Source of the DNA: Camelus ferus
Taxonomy: Eukaryota
Assembly: GCF_009834535.1 (NCBI RefSeq)
Contig: NC_045697.1
Location: 15,998,001-16,062,000, forward strand
Direction: 5' to 3'
Length of the DNA stretch: 64,000 nt
Part shown: positions 62,052 to 64,000 of the stretch, piece after piece
How the letters are laid out: the number at the start of each line of letters is the position of its first letter
Position numbering within the stretch: the stretch's first letter is position 1
The notes under the pieces: model-generated
The model's input: the letters and a program-made list of their open reading frames with translations, nothing else
Told to the model about the DNA's origin: nothing
Databases searched by the model: none
Translations under genes and position numbers: made by a program

Positions 62052-64000
62052 AACAGGATGCAGGGCAGAAAATGCAGCCAGACATGCAAACACAAAAGCC
62101 AGGATTTCTCTTGCCCATAGAGGAAGTAGTGGCTGGAGTTTATTTTATTGGTGAAGTTCCTCTGCCCATAGAGGGAACTGTAATATTTCTGCTAGAAGGC
62201 AGGAATTCTTTCGTAGTACCATGGATTTTCTAGCAAAAGTTCCCGGGCTTAGAAAAAAAAAAAAAAGAATGTATTTGAAATTTCATTTTGATGTTCAGAC
62301 TCAGCTCATTCTGAGGAGTAAAAGTAGTTTGGACATGAAAGTGTCACACTAAATTAGGCTCTGCTTGGCCTTTTGGGAGATGGTAAAATTAGGATTTGCT
62401 ATGAAAACATGTAAGAATTTGAATCTCATAGGTAAGGCTGCTGTTTAGAAGCTATATGAGGTTGATATAATAGATGTAGGATACCCTCTTCCTCTGAGGG
62501 CTTACACCCTCTCTAGTGGCGCTCAGCTCCTTTTTGGACCCAGGACTACTCATAATCTAGATTGTCGTGTATGGGCTCATATCCTTTCAGGAACTCCTGG
62601 CATTTCTTGGCTTTTCTTACCAGAGTTTGCTCTTCCACTTTGTCCCTCCTTGCAGTTTCTCTGCCTGTTCCATAAGGGCTTTAGAATCTGGAGTGAATGT
62701 GAGTCACCATCTCCTTCTCCATTCTTGTTAAGGGAAAAACATTTTTTTTCATTTCTTTTGATTTCAGACCAACTAAATTTCCACATTTGAGCGTCCACAT
62801 CTTTGACCTATGGAAAGTTGAACTGCACATCCTTGGGGCTTCCTCTGACCACTGTCTTGAGACTGTGCCAAGGTTCTTGCATCATTACAAAGAACCAGTG
62901 CACTGGTTCTGTTGAGAAGTGCGTGGTCCCAGCCTCCATGATCTACAGTGCATTTAAGAATCGTTGGTAAGTTTGTGAGCCCTGGACCCTAGCGTCTAGC
63001 CTCCCTGGGACACTGTGTGGTCACTCACTGAATTTTTGCCCATCATCTCGTGTCACAAGGAAGTAGGGTGCAGGTATCCTCGGCGTGCAGAACCATGTGA
63101 CTTTTTTTTCCCCTACCAGCTCTTTTCCAGGCAGGAAAATCTTTTGATTATTGGGTGTCCCTCTTACATCAAACTCTACTATTCTTAATGAATTCAGACT
63201 TTTGACTATAAAAGCCTCAAATCTTTCTTGGTTTGACCCTGTTGCCTGCTTGAATGGGGGCAAAGGACGTGGGAAAGACAGAGAAAACATAAATTAATAA
63301 TGCAAATCTCTTTCTGCCACATTTTCCTGTCACTCCCAATCAAAGATGATTTGTCCATGTGTCTCTACCTCCCAAAGGGACCCCTGGCTAGTCTGTGAAA
63401 CAGCTTCAGCTAAGTGAATATGATAATTCAAAACAATGAAAGGAGTTCTTTGAGCTCCTACAAGCCTCATCCTGGCGCTTGTGTCCTTTTCAATAGCTGG
63501 CCTTCTGGAGAAAATGCCTAGTTTTTTAGTCATTCAAAGAATTGACATGCACCTCAACCAGGTATAATTAGAGAGAAAGGATGAGGCAGGTGAGGGTGGG
63601 CAGGGCAGTGCAAGATTATCTAATTTTAAAGCTTAAGTATCGAATTATTTAGCCTACTGTAGAATGGGGTCTGGGGATGTGCCCACATTGACTCAAATAA
63701 CAAAGATGCTAACACGTGAATATCACTTTACAATATCTGCAACACTTTTCTACCCACAAATTCATTTGAACCTGGATTCTAAACTCACAGAATATTGCCA
63801 TTGAAAGGAATTTAGTTACTTTCTCTTCCCACTCAACACAAGAATCCCATTTAAAAACCTAAGGGACACATGCAGCTACCTGTCCTTGAGAAGTTCTGGT
63901 GACAGGAAGACCACTGCTTCATGATGTACAGCTCTACTTGTTCAGGAGGATTTTTGTTTTTGACAGAACTGATACTGATATCATCCATAAATTCCATTCA

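Noticed and set aside
1..64000. A novel multi-gene system, CRISPR array or operon
   Set aside because: Mammalian repeat-rich non-coding DNA; no long ORFs, no regularly spaced repeat-spacer array, no CpG island

Overview
Non-coding, AT-rich, CpG-poor mammalian genomic DNA, either an intron of a large gene or intergenic. Three copies of a short tRNA-derived SINE resembling the camelid Vic-1 family, plus cetartiodactyl-type L1 3' ends, point to a camelid genome (alpaca/vicuna/camel). I found no credible protein-coding gene, RNA gene, CpG island or CRISPR array. The ORF track is chance ORFs in repeats and low-complexity DNA, apart from a frameshifted relic of an L2 endonuclease domain near 23.3-23.9 kb. 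A large share of the window is interspersed repeat: MIR, L2, L3/CR1, L1, MaLR/ERVL/ERV1/Gypsy-like solo LTRs, and hAT and Tigger MITEs. Subfamily names come from my recall of consensus sequences, not a RepeatMasker run, and boundaries without a target-site duplication (TSD) are approximate. I do not see a novel multi-gene system. The best leads are unusual insertion structures and regulatory candidates: a tailless L1 piece with an 11-bp TSD, a possible micro 3' transduction, a nested MER58/L1 stack with a 68-bp duplication, a composite fold-back Tigger element, a 27-bp Tigger remnant, several repeat-free motif-dense candidate enhancers, and a few strong palindromes.
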